DNA of 64,000 nt from an uncultured virus (IMG/VR IMGVR_UViG_3300006145_000010) (IMGVR_UViG_3300006145_000010), one strand, 5' to 3'. Shown: positions 1 to 9,025, counted from the stretch's first letter. Notes: generated from the sequence alone by a model not told the origin. Numbers and translations: made by a program.

Positions 1-1
1 C

Positions 2-229
2 TACAATGACCGCAGCACGGCCGGAGGCAAAAGCAAGAGCATGCACGCCTGGGGGATTGCCCTGGACTTTGACCCGGAACGGAACAGTTATTCCTGCAAG
101 GCCCCCCATGCCGGGCTTTCCCGCCCGGAGTGTGAAGAATGGTGGAGGATTTGGGAAGCCCATGGGGCCGTTTCCCTGGGCCGTGAACGGAATTATGACT
201 GGATGCACCTTCAGTTCGCGCGGCTGTAA
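2..229 (+). CDS. C-terminal part of an M15-family peptidase endolysin (truncated by window start)
   Basis: Frame reads YNDRSTAGGKSKSMHAWGIALDFD...DWMHLQF; the SxHxxGxAxD and DxxH motifs are typical of M15 peptidases. Confidence 0.8.
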   Translation, partial: YNDRSTAGGKSKSMHAWGIALDFDPERNSYSCKAPHAGLSRPECEEWWRIWEAHGAVSLGRERNYDWMHLQFARL

Positions 230-348
230 AACAGTAATCTTTTGAGCGTCAAAAAATTACAGAGTAAAAATATCTTGCGGAAAGTTCCGTTTTTCTGTAT
301 ATTTGCCGTGCCGGGTTGGTCCCGGAACTAAGAAAGGAGGTGTAATAT

Positions 349-411
349 GTGATAATAGACTGGCATTCAATACAACGGCTGATTGAGCTTTTGATAGTTC
401 TGTTCAGCTGA
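349..411 (+). CDS. 20-aa hydrophobic peptide MIIDWHSIQRLIELLIVLFS, candidate type I toxin
   Basis: SD AAGGAGGT at 334-341, GTG start at 349, TGA at 409-411; promoter TTGCGG(275-280)-17-TATATT(298-303). Confidence 0.65.
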   Translation: MIIDWHSIQRLIELLIVLFS

Positions 412-412
412 C

Positions 413-446
413 AAAAAAGGCCCCGGCTGTTCCAGCAGCCGGGGCC
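413..446 (-). terminator. Intrinsic terminator
   Basis: Stem GGCCCCGGCTG(419-429)/CAGCCGGGGCC(436-446) with A6 at 413-418. Confidence 0.8.
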
Positions 447-490
447 GATTGTTTAGAAGGTGAACATGTGATGTTCGGCAATCAATACGT
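413..490 (-). ncRNA. Candidate antitoxin sRNA convergent with the 349-411 peptide gene
   Basis: Minus-strand TTGACA(522-517)-16-CATAGT(500-495); ends at hairpin 419-446 plus U-run 418-413; body complementary to the peptide SD/start region. Confidence 0.6.
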
Positions 491-574
491 CCTTACTATG
501 CTCTTTTTGCCGGATTTGTCAAGCGTGCGGTTGTCATGCTGGCGCGGCTAATAATGCCGCTTTTTTTATCATCG

Positions 575-2305
575 TCAGGATATTTGAAACGTATATTTTT
601 TGCTACGCTTCTTCCCGCGGGAATCCCATTTGACGGTGCGGCCGTCATTTAATTTGAATGTCTTCCCTCCGTAGGTTGAATTAAGAAGGAAGGAAAAGCG
701 TTTGTTGGATGCCTGGGTGAGTTTGTAACGGGGTATCTTGCTTTCATGCCCGGTTTCGTCCGTTTCCGTCACGTATTCCGTACGTGCGTCAATAAGAGAT
801 TCAAATGAGTTGCGTTCAATGCAGATTTCTATGATTTCGTCCCATTTGATTTCTCCGTATGTTTCACCGGGCTTCAGGCGTGCCACCGCCGTTTGCACCA
901 AGTCGCGCATGTCCTGAAGGTTTTGGTCTCCGCCTCCGTATATTTCATCAGGACGTTCCCCGAACGGATCGCCAATGCCAAGCAGGGAGACAATGCCCGC
1001 AATAATGGATGATGTGCGTTGAAACCCTGCTCTTGTTTTGTCCGGCATGGGCCGTTTTTGCTCTATCCAGTTGCGAACAAACGCATGCAGGCAGGCCAGC
1101 AGTTCTGCCCGGTTGCCGGAGTCCTGAATGGTTTCAAGGTCAATGACGCGCTGAACTGTCCGGTCCTGGGGATTGGATTCTGTCAAATTCAAGTCGCATA
1201 TCAGCAGCCGGGAAGCAAGGTCTGTGTTCCACTCCAGGGAGTTTCCGGTGATGAAGACGGTGGCGCAGTTTTGCTTGGTAACAAGAGATTGCGTATGAAA
1301 TGGGCGTATGTCTTGGGAGACGGAAGAAATGAAGGATTCTAAACAAGTAGATTGCAGCTTGCCGCGCAGGTTGTCAAAATAGACGTAGGGCGCGCGGGTG
1401 TTAAGGATGGTGTTCAAGACGCCCTGAAGCTTTTCGTCGTCATAATACCATGGATGTTTTGCGTTATTGTTGTACGTGATGCCGGTGGCAAGGTCTGCCA
1501 ATAGTGATTTGCCGGATCTTTGAGAATTGGAGGTATAGACATAACCAAGTCGAGGTGAGGACAAAGGGAGCATGGCGGATGCGTACAGGGCGACGCAGGC
1601 GCAGGTATGGACCGCAAATGAGCGGGATGTGGCGGATGTGGCCCGTTCCTGGAGGTCAGAGGAAGACCAGTCCAGGAAGGGGAATTCTTTATGCCAGTTG
1701 CGCCAGATAAGCAAGGCTTGCTCCAACGGCATTTCCGTGTCGTAGTCCACGGCGGTTTTCAGGGTGTAGATCTTACTTTCCGGATCATAGCCGCGTTGGT
1801 TGAGGTGGTAGGAGCCATTAGGGAGCATGGCCGGGGTGATTTGGTCGTGGATTTTGATCAATTCCGGGATGGCCGTGAGGAATTCCATGGATGAAAGGGT
1901 GAGCTTTGCTAGCGGTTCCTTCATGGGCTGGTAAACGAGCGTTGAATCATCTTTGGAGCGGAAAGCGCACGGGCAGATATATTTTTCCGCGGCGGAAATG
2001 AAATTGTTGGGGTTAAGGTACACGGTTTTGCCGTCGTCTGTGATATACACAGGAGAGCCGGCCAGATTATAAATAGGGGCATTGGCGCGTTGGAGGGCTA
2101 TGGCAACACGTTCGCACCATTGGGGGGTTGTCGTGCCATTTTTGGAGGGCATGGCAACTTTGATTCTTCCGTCCGGTGTAAGGTCGTCTCCGGCAGGGGC
2201 GGGGCCTGGTTGCTCCAGACCGGCCAGAAATTGCTGAAGATCCGCTCCGGAGGCGTTGGTTAGCAAATTTTGTAATTTGAGAATAAGTTCTTGGGGGGAA
2301 GTCAT
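575..2305 (-). CDS. Primase-associated P-loop helicase/NTPase
   Basis: Walker A-like SNSQRSGKS, Walker B-like YVYFDN; ATGA overlap with the upstream primase puts the start at 2305 (MTSPQEL). Confidence 0.7.
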   Translation of the reverse strand: MTSPQELILKLQNLLTNASGADLQQFLAGLEQPGPAPAGDDLTPDGRIKVAMPSKNGTTTPQWCERVAIALQRANAPIYNLAGSPVYITDDGKTVYLNPNNFISAAEKYICPCAFRSKDDSTLVYQPMKEPLAKLTLSSMEFLTAIPELIKIHDQITPAMLPNGSYHLNQRGYDPESKIYTLKTAVDYDTEMPLEQALLIWRNWHKEFPFLDWSSSDLQERATSATSRSFAVHTCACVALYASAMLPLSSPRLGYVYTSNSQRSGKSLLADLATGITYNNNAKHPWYYDDEKLQGVLNTILNTRAPYVYFDNLRGKLQSTCLESFISSVSQDIRPFHTQSLVTKQNCATVFITGNSLEWNTDLASRLLICDLNLTESNPQDRTVQRVIDLETIQDSGNRAELLACLHAFVRNWIEQKRPMPDKTRAGFQRTSSIIAGIVSLLGIGDPFGERPDEIYGGGDQNLQDMRDLVQTAVARLKPGETYGEIKWDEIIEICIERNSFESLIDARTEYVTETDETGHESKIPRYKLTQASNKRFSFLLNSTYGGKTFKLNDGRTVKWDSRGKKRSKKYTFQIS

Positions 2306-3516
2306 TTTTTGGGAGGGAGTAAGGGGGTGAGAGATTGGAGGGCAGCATTGAGGCCGTAGGTGGTGCAGGCTGCGGCGGCTTGCTGGATCAAGGGAACCGG
2401 CCATTCATCCGGCCGGGCAACGATTTCCGCGGCGCGGGTTGTCCAGTCCTGTTCTACGTTGCGGAGCGGAGTGGCGTAGAGTAAGGGGCGCAGGGTAGGG
2501 CGCGGGTTGAAATACAAAAGTTCCTGAAGTTTTTCCTGGCCGTTTACGGTGCGATAACAGCCGGGCAGCCGCGGCATGACAAGATGATTTGTGAGGGCCT
2601 GGATGTCTGCGCCAATGAGGGCTAAGGCGGGCTTTATCTGGTCCACATACCCGCGCCATTCTTCGTGTGTGGCTGCTTCCAGGCGGAAGAGTACATGCAG
2701 AGATCGGGATCCGGAGAAGGTGATGGAGACAATGGGGAGGGGTAGAGTAATGAGTGCCTGGAGCCATTGCTTCACGTCGTCCATTTGATCTGATTCCAGC
2801 AAGGCATGACGCCAGGTGAGGACGCATTCTGAAGAGCGGCGGCTTTTTTTCCCGTCCCTGACGCGGAAAAATCCGTCCACGGGCTGCCCCAGGAAGATAA
2901 TGCCGTCCGGCGCGGCCGTGGGAATGTGTTTGGCCTGGTCTGGCCAGAGGCATTGACCTTGCGTTTTTCGGTCGGCAAAAATGATTGTTTTTTCACCGCG
3001 TGCCGTATCAAACAGGGCGCGTAAATACAGATCCGGCGTAACTATGGCCGGATCTGTGGCGGAGATGTTGGCGAGGAAATAGCGGGATAATACTGGAGCC
3101 CCTTTTTCCGCCAGGGTGGCAATGACGGAAGAATCAAGCTGCGGGACTGGCGGCGGCCCTGTGGGGGCCTTGGGTGGCGGGTTGTATTTGGCTGGTCCCT
3201 TGGCTATGCGTTTAGAGGGGGGCAAGGTAGTCGGTTCCGGTTTTTTGCGTCCTTGGGATTTGTCGGTGCCGTAGTTACCCTTGGGGCGGCGCGCCGCGTC
3301 TTCCAACTTGCGCCGGAGTTCCTTTTCATTCCAAGGCGGTTCGCACCGGGCGTTAAATGATAACAGGATAGGCCAGGCTTCATCCAAAGATAGATTGTAG
3401 TCGTTTACAAGGATGCGGCATGCGCGGAAGGTTGCCGCATGGCCGCCAGAACCGGAAACAGCCGGTTCCAGGGTATCAATATGTTTTTGTGCGCGGGAAA
3501 TGGCGTCCATGGTCAA
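2302..3516 (-). CDS. AEP-type primase (PriCT-like N-terminal domain plus RepB/AEP catalytic domain)
   Basis: N-terminal WPILLSFNARCEPPWNEKEL (PriCT-like); LLESD and FSGSRSLH AEP motifs. Confidence 0.75.
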   Translation of the reverse strand: MTMDAISRAQKHIDTLEPAVSGSGGHAATFRACRILVNDYNLSLDEAWPILLSFNARCEPPWNEKELRRKLEDAARRPKGNYGTDKSQGRKKPEPTTLPPSKRIAKGPAKYNPPPKAPTGPPPVPQLDSSVIATLAEKGAPVLSRYFLANISATDPAIVTPDLYLRALFDTARGEKTIIFADRKTQGQCLWPDQAKHIPTAAPDGIIFLGQPVDGFFRVRDGKKSRRSSECVLTWRHALLESDQMDDVKQWLQALITLPLPIVSITFSGSRSLHVLFRLEAATHEEWRGYVDQIKPALALIGADIQALTNHLVMPRLPGCYRTVNGQEKLQELLYFNPRPTLRPLLYATPLRNVEQDWTTRAAEIVARPDEWPVPLIQQAAAACTTYGLNAALQSLTPLLPPKK

Positions 3517-4097
3517 AGGTCAAGATTGAGTTCCGGGTGTTTGCGTGTGCGGTGGGCGGGGGTGTCCTGCTTCTTTTTCCTGCGGCGTTTCTTTTGGGCC
3601 TTCCGGCTGGTCCAGGAAACTTGTGCGAGCTTGTGCAGGGCGGTTTTACCGTATTTGTCGATAAGAGCTTGAGCTTGGGCGGGTGTTAAGGAGTCCAGGA
3701 AAGCGTTGCAGGCATGCGCCCGCATGGATGATGCGCTGATTGTGTCGCTGGTCAGCAGAGCGAGATCGGAATGAGACAAGTTTTTTACTGATTCCGGGCA
3801 GTATAGTTTGGCGAGTTTGTAAACATTCCGGGTGACGCGTTGCGGGTGGTAGCCGTTACGGAAGATGATAGTGAAAATTCCGATAAGGATATGTAGGCGG
3901 GCGTCCGCTATTTCTTCTTTCACCACGTCAAGCTGATGATGATTCAAACCGCATTCATAGAGTTCTTTTGAGAGTTCAGGGAGGATGGGAGCGGCATCAA
4001 AAGGCGCATTCCATTGTTCCTGCGTTTCGCCGTAGGCGTGCAGCAGGTAGTCCAGCCAATCGCCGTAAACGTGTATAACAGAGGGGCTGGAACTCAT
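3513..4097 (-). CDS. Hypothetical protein with a basic C-terminus
   Basis: ORF overlaps the primase start; KKRRRKKK tail. Confidence 0.6.
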   Translation of the reverse strand: MSSSPSVIHVYGDWLDYLLHAYGETQEQWNAPFDAAPILPELSKELYECGLNHHQLDVVKEEIADARLHILIGIFTIIFRNGYHPQRVTRNVYKLAKLYCPESVKNLSHSDLALLTSDTISASSMRAHACNAFLDSLTPAQAQALIDKYGKTALHKLAQVSWTSRKAQKKRRRKKKQDTPAHRTRKHPELNLDL

Positions 4098-4204
4098 AAT
4101 GCACCCTCCTTCCAAGATAAGGCTTGCTCCAAAAGTGGAACTAAAAACAAGATGTTTACTACATTTTTTACTACGCTAAAGGCGTAAAATGTTGAAAGTA
4201 AACA

Positions 4205-4233
4205 TGGAGGCGGGAGCGGGAATCGAACCCGCG
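4205..4233 (-). other. attP core of phage A: copy of a tRNA 3' end, probably tRNA-Cys
   Basis: Reverse complement CGCGGGTTCGATTCCCGCTCCCGCCTCCA = T-arm, acceptor strand, U73 and CCA; TACTAC(G) arm-type repeats at 4157, 4169, 4310, 4320; next to the integrase. Confidence 0.8.
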
Positions 4234-4334
4234 AGTTATTCCGGCATATATTCAGGGGGTATTTTGTCATGGTTTTACTAGGTTTTTTTATGTTTGTTGT
4301 TGATGGATTTACTACGCTGTACTACGTTGCTCCT

Positions 4335-5351
4335 ATGGCATCCTACTACAAGCGCAAGGATAGTCCCTATTATTGGGTTGGCGTGATGCGTCCGGATGGG
4401 CGGCGGAAATACCGTGCGACAAAAATCAGGCATGACCAGCCTGGGGCCCTGCGGCGTATTCTGGAATATGTGCGCGGACTGGAGAAAGAGGAACAGATGG
4501 CCCGGAATGAAGATGGCCGCCAGTTGTTCAAGGCGTGGGTGCCGGCGTTCCTGGAAGAGTTTCAACGTGAAGGCACGCGCCGCCGTTATCAGGTGGCGTG
4601 GAGGCATTTGGATTTGTTTTTCAGGCTCCGGGATGTTCAGCATCCGGGGGAAGTGGATTATAACCTGTTGAAAGATTATGTGGCTTTCCGGACGGATGCG
4701 GCCATGGCTAAGGAGTACGGTTGGCGCGCGTGTACCCGCAATAGTGCCATTCTGGAGCTGAAGGTGCTGGGGCGCATCATGACGGAGGCGGTAAGGAAGG
4801 GCTATATTTTCGCAAACCCGTGTTATCACATGGGCTTGAGAAAAGACCCGGCGCGGGAGAAAAGGGAAATCACGAAAGAAGAAGAACGGCGCATTGCGGA
4901 AGCCTTGAAAGAAGCTCCGGAATGGATGCGGGATTCTTTCATGATTGCCATGAAGCAGGGATGCCGGCTGAAGGAAGTTCAGGTGCCCGTGGAACGGGTG
5001 GATCTGGAACATGATACTATCCGTTTTCTTGGCAAGGGGGGCCGGATGCACGAGGCCCCTTTGCATCGGGACATTAGGCCGATTGCGGAAAAGGCCATGC
5101 GGGAGGGGCGTTCCTCCCTGGTTAAGTTGCCGGGGAACGCAAGCAAGCAATGGTGCCAGTTTTTTGACGATTTGGGGATGCCTGATTTGAGTTTCCATTG
5201 TACGCGGGTAACGGTAGTGACCCGGCTGGCGCGCGCGGGCTTTTCTGAAGGGCAATGTATGCAATATGTAGGGCATGCGTCGGAGCTGGTACATGCGATT
5301 TACCGCAAACTGAAAGCGCGTGATGTGGCTCAATTAGGTGATGTTTTGTAG
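4335..5351 (+). CDS. int: Tyrosine integrase (phage A)
   Basis: GCRLKE (R), FHCTR (HxxR), VGH and IY catalytic motifs; N-terminal arm-binding-like YKRKDSPYYW. Confidence 0.9.
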   Translation: MASYYKRKDSPYYWVGVMRPDGRRKYRATKIRHDQPGALRRILEYVRGLEKEEQMARNEDGRQLFKAWVPAFLEEFQREGTRRRYQVAWRHLDLFFRLRDVQHPGEVDYNLLKDYVAFRTDAAMAKEYGWRACTRNSAILELKVLGRIMTEAVRKGYIFANPCYHMGLRKDPAREKREITKEEERRIAEALKEAPEWMRDSFMIAMKQGCRLKEVQVPVERVDLEHDTIRFLGKGGRMHEAPLHRDIRPIAEKAMREGRSSLVKLPGNASKQWCQFFDDLGMPDLSFHCTRVTVVTRLARAGFSEGQCMQYVGHASELVHAIYRKLKARDVAQLGDVL

Positions 5352-5614
5352 GCGTCAAGGTTGCGTTGCGGAATGCCGTGGGGGCCGGTAGGGCTTTTGC
5401 GTTCTTTGTACGGGCGGAATTCCGGGTTTGCTTTGAGCCATGCCAGGGCGTCTTTAATCAGGATGCGGCCGCCTGGGAACGGGCAGCCCCATTTTTTCAT
5501 TGCGGAGGTGAAAGCCATGGTAACTCCAAGCGCGGCGGCAAGCTGGGTCTGGTTAAGCAGCCGCGGGGAGTTGCTCGGCAAGTTGCGGAGTTCTTCTTTT
5601 TCTTTTTGGGTCAT
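5330..5614 (-). CDS. Excisionase-like HTH protein
   Basis: LLNQTQLAAALGV HTH; converges on the integrase. Confidence 0.6.
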   Translation of the reverse strand: MTQKEKEELRNLPSNSPRLLNQTQLAAALGVTMAFTSAMKKWGCPFPGGRILIKDALAWLKANPEFRPYKERKSPTGPHGIPQRNLDAYKTSPN

Positions 5615-5632
5615 TGGTGTGTGTGGGGGGGG

Positions 5633-5983
5633 TTAGAGGTGGATGATATAAGGGGTGATGGCCGTGCAGGGGAGGCCGTGGCGTTTGATGTGGGCGGCGT
5701 AGGGTGATGTTGGGATGTGGTGGCGGCAAAAGGTTCCGGAAGTCCGGTGGGTTTGCAAGTAACAGGTTTCCCCGTCCGTTCCGGATCGGCGGCTGATGAC
5801 GCAGGCTCCTAAATTGAGGGGGGTGGCCGTTACTGTAGTGTCGGTAATGTCCGGATCGGCGGCATTGATTTTGTAGTCAATTTTCTGTTCCGGTGCCCAT
5901 AGCTGGCAGTTTCCGCAGCATTGGCAAGAGGTGCCGTTGAAGTTGTCTTCAATGTAACTTGTTTCTATTTTGTAAACATACAT
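5633..5983 (-). CDS. Cys-rich hypothetical early protein
   Basis: CQCCGNCQLW...C...C pattern; part of the leftward operon. Confidence 0.55.
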   Translation of the reverse strand: MYVYKIETSYIEDNFNGTSCQCCGNCQLWAPEQKIDYKINAADPDITDTTVTATPLNLGACVISRRSGTDGETCYLQTHRTSGTFCRHHIPTSPYAAHIKRHGLPCTAITPYIIHL

Positions 5984-6034
5984 AATTTTCTAATAAAAGG
6001 ATATTTATGTTGATTTCTAGCGTGATGGAGTTCT

Positions 6035-6280
6035 TCATAAGAAAATTTCTTTTCCTTCCAGTTGTTTTAATATCTTATCCCTTCTTTTGCGGGCCACGTA
6101 TAGATCTCGGGTACTGAGAAGTTTTTTTATGATTTTGTTTTCTTTTCCATTAGTGAGATATAGAACGATATGAAACCCGTCTTTGTCTAGCCAGAGGTTA
6201 TAGTTGTAGTCATAGTCATGTATGGGTTTGGAGATAAGCCGGTAGTAGTTGTCGGTTTCTTTATTATGTTCTGTATTCAT
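6035..6280 (-). CDS. Hypothetical early protein
   Basis: Packed ORF in the AT-rich leftward operon. Confidence 0.55.
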   Translation of the reverse strand: MNTEHNKETDNYYRLISKPIHDYDYNYNLWLDKDGFHIVLYLTNGKENKIIKKLLSTRDLYVARKRRDKILKQLEGKEIFL

Positions 6281-6286
6281 ATTCTT

Positions 6287-6493
6287 TTATTTGTAAGATG
6301 TCTGTGATAGATAGATAAGTTTTGATGTGGCGTCGTTCGGAGTGTCGCCGTAAGCTTTTTGGGTTATCCATATTCCATTAAGACGGTAGGCGCGCCACTT
6401 CCGCGAACCTTCTTTTGTGATGAAAATTTTAGTTCCTTTGACTCTTAGAGCATCCTGTTTTTTTGAATAGGTATAGTCGTATTTGGTGGTCAT
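6287..6493 (-). CDS. Hypothetical early protein
   Basis: Overlap-coupled with the 6490-6678 ORF. Confidence 0.55.
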   Translation of the reverse strand: MTTKYDYTYSKKQDALRVKGTKIFITKEGSRKWRAYRLNGIWITQKAYGDTPNDATSKLIYLSQTSYK

Positions 6494-6678
6494 TTTTTTC
6501 TTCTTTTCCGGTTGAGTATTTTTCTTTTAATTTCCTTCCAGTTGTTGCCGATGGAGCCGGTGCATATATCCTTGACTATGGAGCCGTCATACATTGCTTC
6601 AATGTGCATGGCGTCAATTTTTAAGTGGGCTTTCCATACGTTAAGGCCGTATTTCCTTCTTTTGGCCGGAGCTTTCAT
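6490..6678 (-). CDS. Hypothetical basic early protein
   Basis: Operon packing. Confidence 0.5.
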   Translation of the reverse strand: MKAPAKRRKYGLNVWKAHLKIDAMHIEAMYDGSIVKDICTGSIGNNWKEIKRKILNRKRRKK

Positions 6679-6698
6679 AGTGATATTTGATTAAGCGT

Positions 6699-7127
6699 TT
6701 AATCCTCAGGCAACGGATATTCCGGAAACATGATTATTTCCCCTTCATCTATTTGTTTATTTAGGCAACTTGCTTCCTTTTCGAGTGCTTTTATTTGTTC
6801 ACGGATTCTTAAAAACCGCTGAATAGCAACATTATTTTCCGCTTCTTGCGGCGAGATGCGGAAGGCAATCTGTTTGGCCCTTTTTCCTGATTTGTCCATG
6901 CCGTCCTTGCGGATATTGAAAGTGTAAAAAGCACTCCATTTCCCTGTAGTGGTAACAGCGAAAAAATTTTTCATATAGGCGCAAACGACAATGCCAAAAT
7001 CCCAATGTGCTTTCCCTTTCTTTTCGTAAGGCGATGATGAAGGCTCAACAAGGAAGCGTATCAGTTCGCCGTTTTTGACGTCGTCAAATTGTCTTGTCCT
7101 TTTCATGGGATTATTTAATTTCTTCAA
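6699..7127 (-). CDS. Hypothetical early protein
   Basis: 142-aa ORF in the operon. Confidence 0.55.
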   Translation of the reverse strand: MKKLNNPMKRTRQFDDVKNGELIRFLVEPSSSPYEKKGKAHWDFGIVVCAYMKNFFAVTTTGKWSAFYTFNIRKDGMDKSGKRAKQIAFRISPQEAENNVAIQRFLRIREQIKALEKEASCLNKQIDEGEIIMFPEYPLPED

Positions 7128-7332
7128 GGTAGTCTAAAGCTCCTGCTATGCATTCCGCGGCCTCCGTCATGGAACAAATGGCATCTACAGATTTCTTTAT
7201 GCGGCTGATCTTCTGTTCCGGAAGGTTAGCATGATACTCTTCTTCTTTCTCCATGATAGTTTCCAGTCGGGAATGAAGGTTCTGGAGTGCTTTATGCAGT
7301 TTTTTTATCTCTTTGCGGCGTTGTTTATTCAT
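7111..7332 (-). CDS. Small coiled-coil phage protein
   Basis: MNKQRRKEI...EEEEYHANLPE pattern common in phage early regions. Confidence 0.65.
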   Translation of the reverse strand: MNKQRRKEIKKLHKALQNLHSRLETIMEKEEEYHANLPEQKISRIKKSVDAICSMTEAAECIAGALDYLEEIK

Positions 7333-7376
7333 GTTTTTTCTTGGTGGGAGGTGGTTGTTGGTGGTAGGGTGTTTTT

Positions 7377-7583
7377 ATGGATAACTTTGATGATTATATT
7401 GACTTAGTTTTAGTATCTGGAAGGCATATCATAGTAGGGTGGAATTCTATTGTTTCCGTTGAGTATGGGGGCGTGAAGGGAGAGCCTGTACGGATTTCTC
7501 TGATGAATGGTTTGGTGTTTGAGTTGAAGTCTGACCAATGGGATTTGCTGATGTTGAGGATTGATAAGGGATATTTGGAGTAA
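7377..7583 (+). CDS. Small counter-oriented hypothetical protein
   Basis: 68-aa ORF, beta-rich; overlaps the 3' end of the 7447-8061 ORF. Confidence 0.45.
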   Translation: MDNFDDYIDLVLVSGRHIIVGWNSIVSVEYGGVKGEPVRISLMNGLVFELKSDQWDLLMLRIDKGYLE

Positions 7584-8061
7584 AGCGGGAATCCCAGTTC
7601 GTCAGAAGGGAAGAGGTTTGTTCCGGGGTGAGGTGATAGGCGGAGCGCAAAATGTGTTCTATGCGGTAGCGGGCCGCGTGGCCAGGTTCGTAAGTTGTTT
7701 TTTTGAGCCAGAGGGCCGCGCGGGTGTAGTTGTCTTCAGGGGCGTCCGTATTTTTTTCTTCCGGCGCGGTCCATAGGGGATCATAGGCAAGGTAAGTCGT
7801 GAAGCCTTTGCGGGCGGTGGCTATGATAAGACGCTCGGAATAGTAGCCCCCTTTGTGCTCTTCCAATATGGAGGGGGTGATGGCGTGGAATGTAAGGATT
7901 CCGTGTTCGGTGTAGTAGAGCCGGCAGGAATTGGTTTCTAGCAGGTGTTGATGGTGCGGTGTTCCTACAGGGAAAGGAATAGTCCGGATGATTGCCCGGT
8001 CTGTGAACTCTGCGAGATCCAACAAGGGATGAAGGGGAGTATTTTGCGTGGGGGTGTTCAT
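7447..8061 (-). CDS. Hypothetical early protein
   Basis: ORF with a likely start MNTPTQ preceded by an AAAGGAA SD. Confidence 0.5.
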   Translation of the reverse strand: MNTPTQNTPLHPLLDLAEFTDRAIIRTIPFPVGTPHHQHLLETNSCRLYYTEHGILTFHAITPSILEEHKGGYYSERLIIATARKGFTTYLAYDPLWTAPEEKNTDAPEDNYTRAALWLKKTTYEPGHAARYRIEHILRSAYHLTPEQTSSLLTNWDSRFTPNIPYQSSTSANPIGQTSTQTPNHSSEKSVQALPSRPHTQRKQ

Positions 8062-8117
8062 GGTGGTTCCTTTTTTGTGTTCTGTACTCATATTTTTTTG
8101 ATGGTTGGTTGTGGTTG

Positions 8118-8327
8118 TTAGGCGGCGGGGCGGTTGCGGCGATCACGCAGGAGAATGAGGCGGCCTATGAAGTCCGCAAAAGTGCGGGCGAGCATTTCCG
8201 GACTTGCACCGGGGTTAGCGGCGGCGTGCATGTCCATGAGGGCCGCGTGTTCCTCCGCAGTAAAGGGGAGATAGACTAGTTGGGTGGTCGTTTGATTCGG
8301 ATTTGTATGAGATATATTACATTCCAT
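8118..8327 (-). CDS. Cro-like small protein 1 (ends NRPAA)
   Basis: Divergent from repressor-like gene 8428-8784. Confidence 0.55.
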   Translation of the reverse strand: MECNISHTNPNQTTTQLVYLPFTAEEHAALMDMHAAANPGASPEMLARTFADFIGRLILLRDRRNRPAA

Positions 8328-8427
8328 GAATGATTGAATATAGATTTATTCACATTTAGTCAAGACGTAAATGTAATGTAATTCACATTTTTGCGTTTCT
8401 TGATTGACAAAATAAGAATTTTTCTAC

Positions 8428-8784
8428 ATGTTTTCGCCCATGAAGAATGATGAGGTCAAGCAGTGGCTGAAGAGCTGTGGCAAGAATGGCGTTTGGCTGG
8501 CAGCCCAGTTGGGCCGCACAACGGCCTCCATTTATAAATGGCTGAATGTTCCCGGCGCAGATGTGCCGCGCGCGCATGAGAAGCTGATTTCTTTGCTGAT
8601 GGAGAAGGAAGCGGCGGCCCGTGTGGACCGGGAGAAGCATGAGGTGTGCTGCGGTTTTACGGAGGAAGAATTTTCCCGGTTGTCCGCGCATGCGGCGGTG
8701 CAGGGAATGACAGTGGAAGAATGGGCCTTGCATTTGTTGAGAGGCTTGACGTTTTTCCCGCGGGATGGGCGGGACAGTGAGTGA
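8428..8784 (+). CDS. Repressor-like HTH protein 1 (no S24 domain)
   Basis: VKQWLKSCGKNGVWLAAQLG resembles the N-terminus of 9135-9488 and of the S24 repressor 61160-61921. Confidence 0.65.
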   Translation: MFSPMKNDEVKQWLKSCGKNGVWLAAQLGRTTASIYKWLNVPGADVPRAHEKLISLLMEKEAAARVDREKHEVCCGFTEEEFSRLSAHAAVQGMTVEEWALHLLRGLTFFPRDGRDSE

Positions 8785-8839
8785 CGCCGCAGGTGCGCGG
8801 CGTTATTCAGCTTTTTTTGATGGTTGGTTGTGGTTGAGG

Positions 8840-9025
8840 TCAGGCGGCGGGGCGGTTGAGGGTGGTGGTTTTTGATTTTGAATATTGGTCCAGGGCGTAT
8901 GAGATGATTCCGTGGACCAGGTCTTTCACCGGGATATGGATGTGTTCAGCAATGCCTTCCAATGCCTGGAAGTCTTCTTCCTTCAGCCGGATGATGAGGT
9001 TGGTTTGTAATGATGTCGTAGCCAT
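8840..9025 (-). CDS. Cro-like/RHH-like small protein 2 (ends NRPAA)
   Basis: LIIRLKEEDFQALEGIAE RHH-like; divergent from 9135-9488. Confidence 0.6.
   Translation of the reverse strand: MATTSLQTNLIIRLKEEDFQALEGIAEHIHIPVKDLVHGIISYALDQYSKSKTTTLNRPAA

Larger units (their letters stand above)
8093..8858. repeat. Direct repeat pair flanking the first switch cassette
   Basis: 8093-8117 = 8812-8836 (25 bp) and 8120-8136 = 8842-8858 (17 bp). Confidence 0.9.

Noticed and set aside
4205..4233. Complete tRNA gene
   Set aside because: Only the T-arm and acceptor 3' strand are present; treated as an att core (same for 38509-38524)
4278..5333. 351-aa ORF antisense to the phage A integrase
   Set aside because: Shadow of the integrase, which has all catalytic motifs
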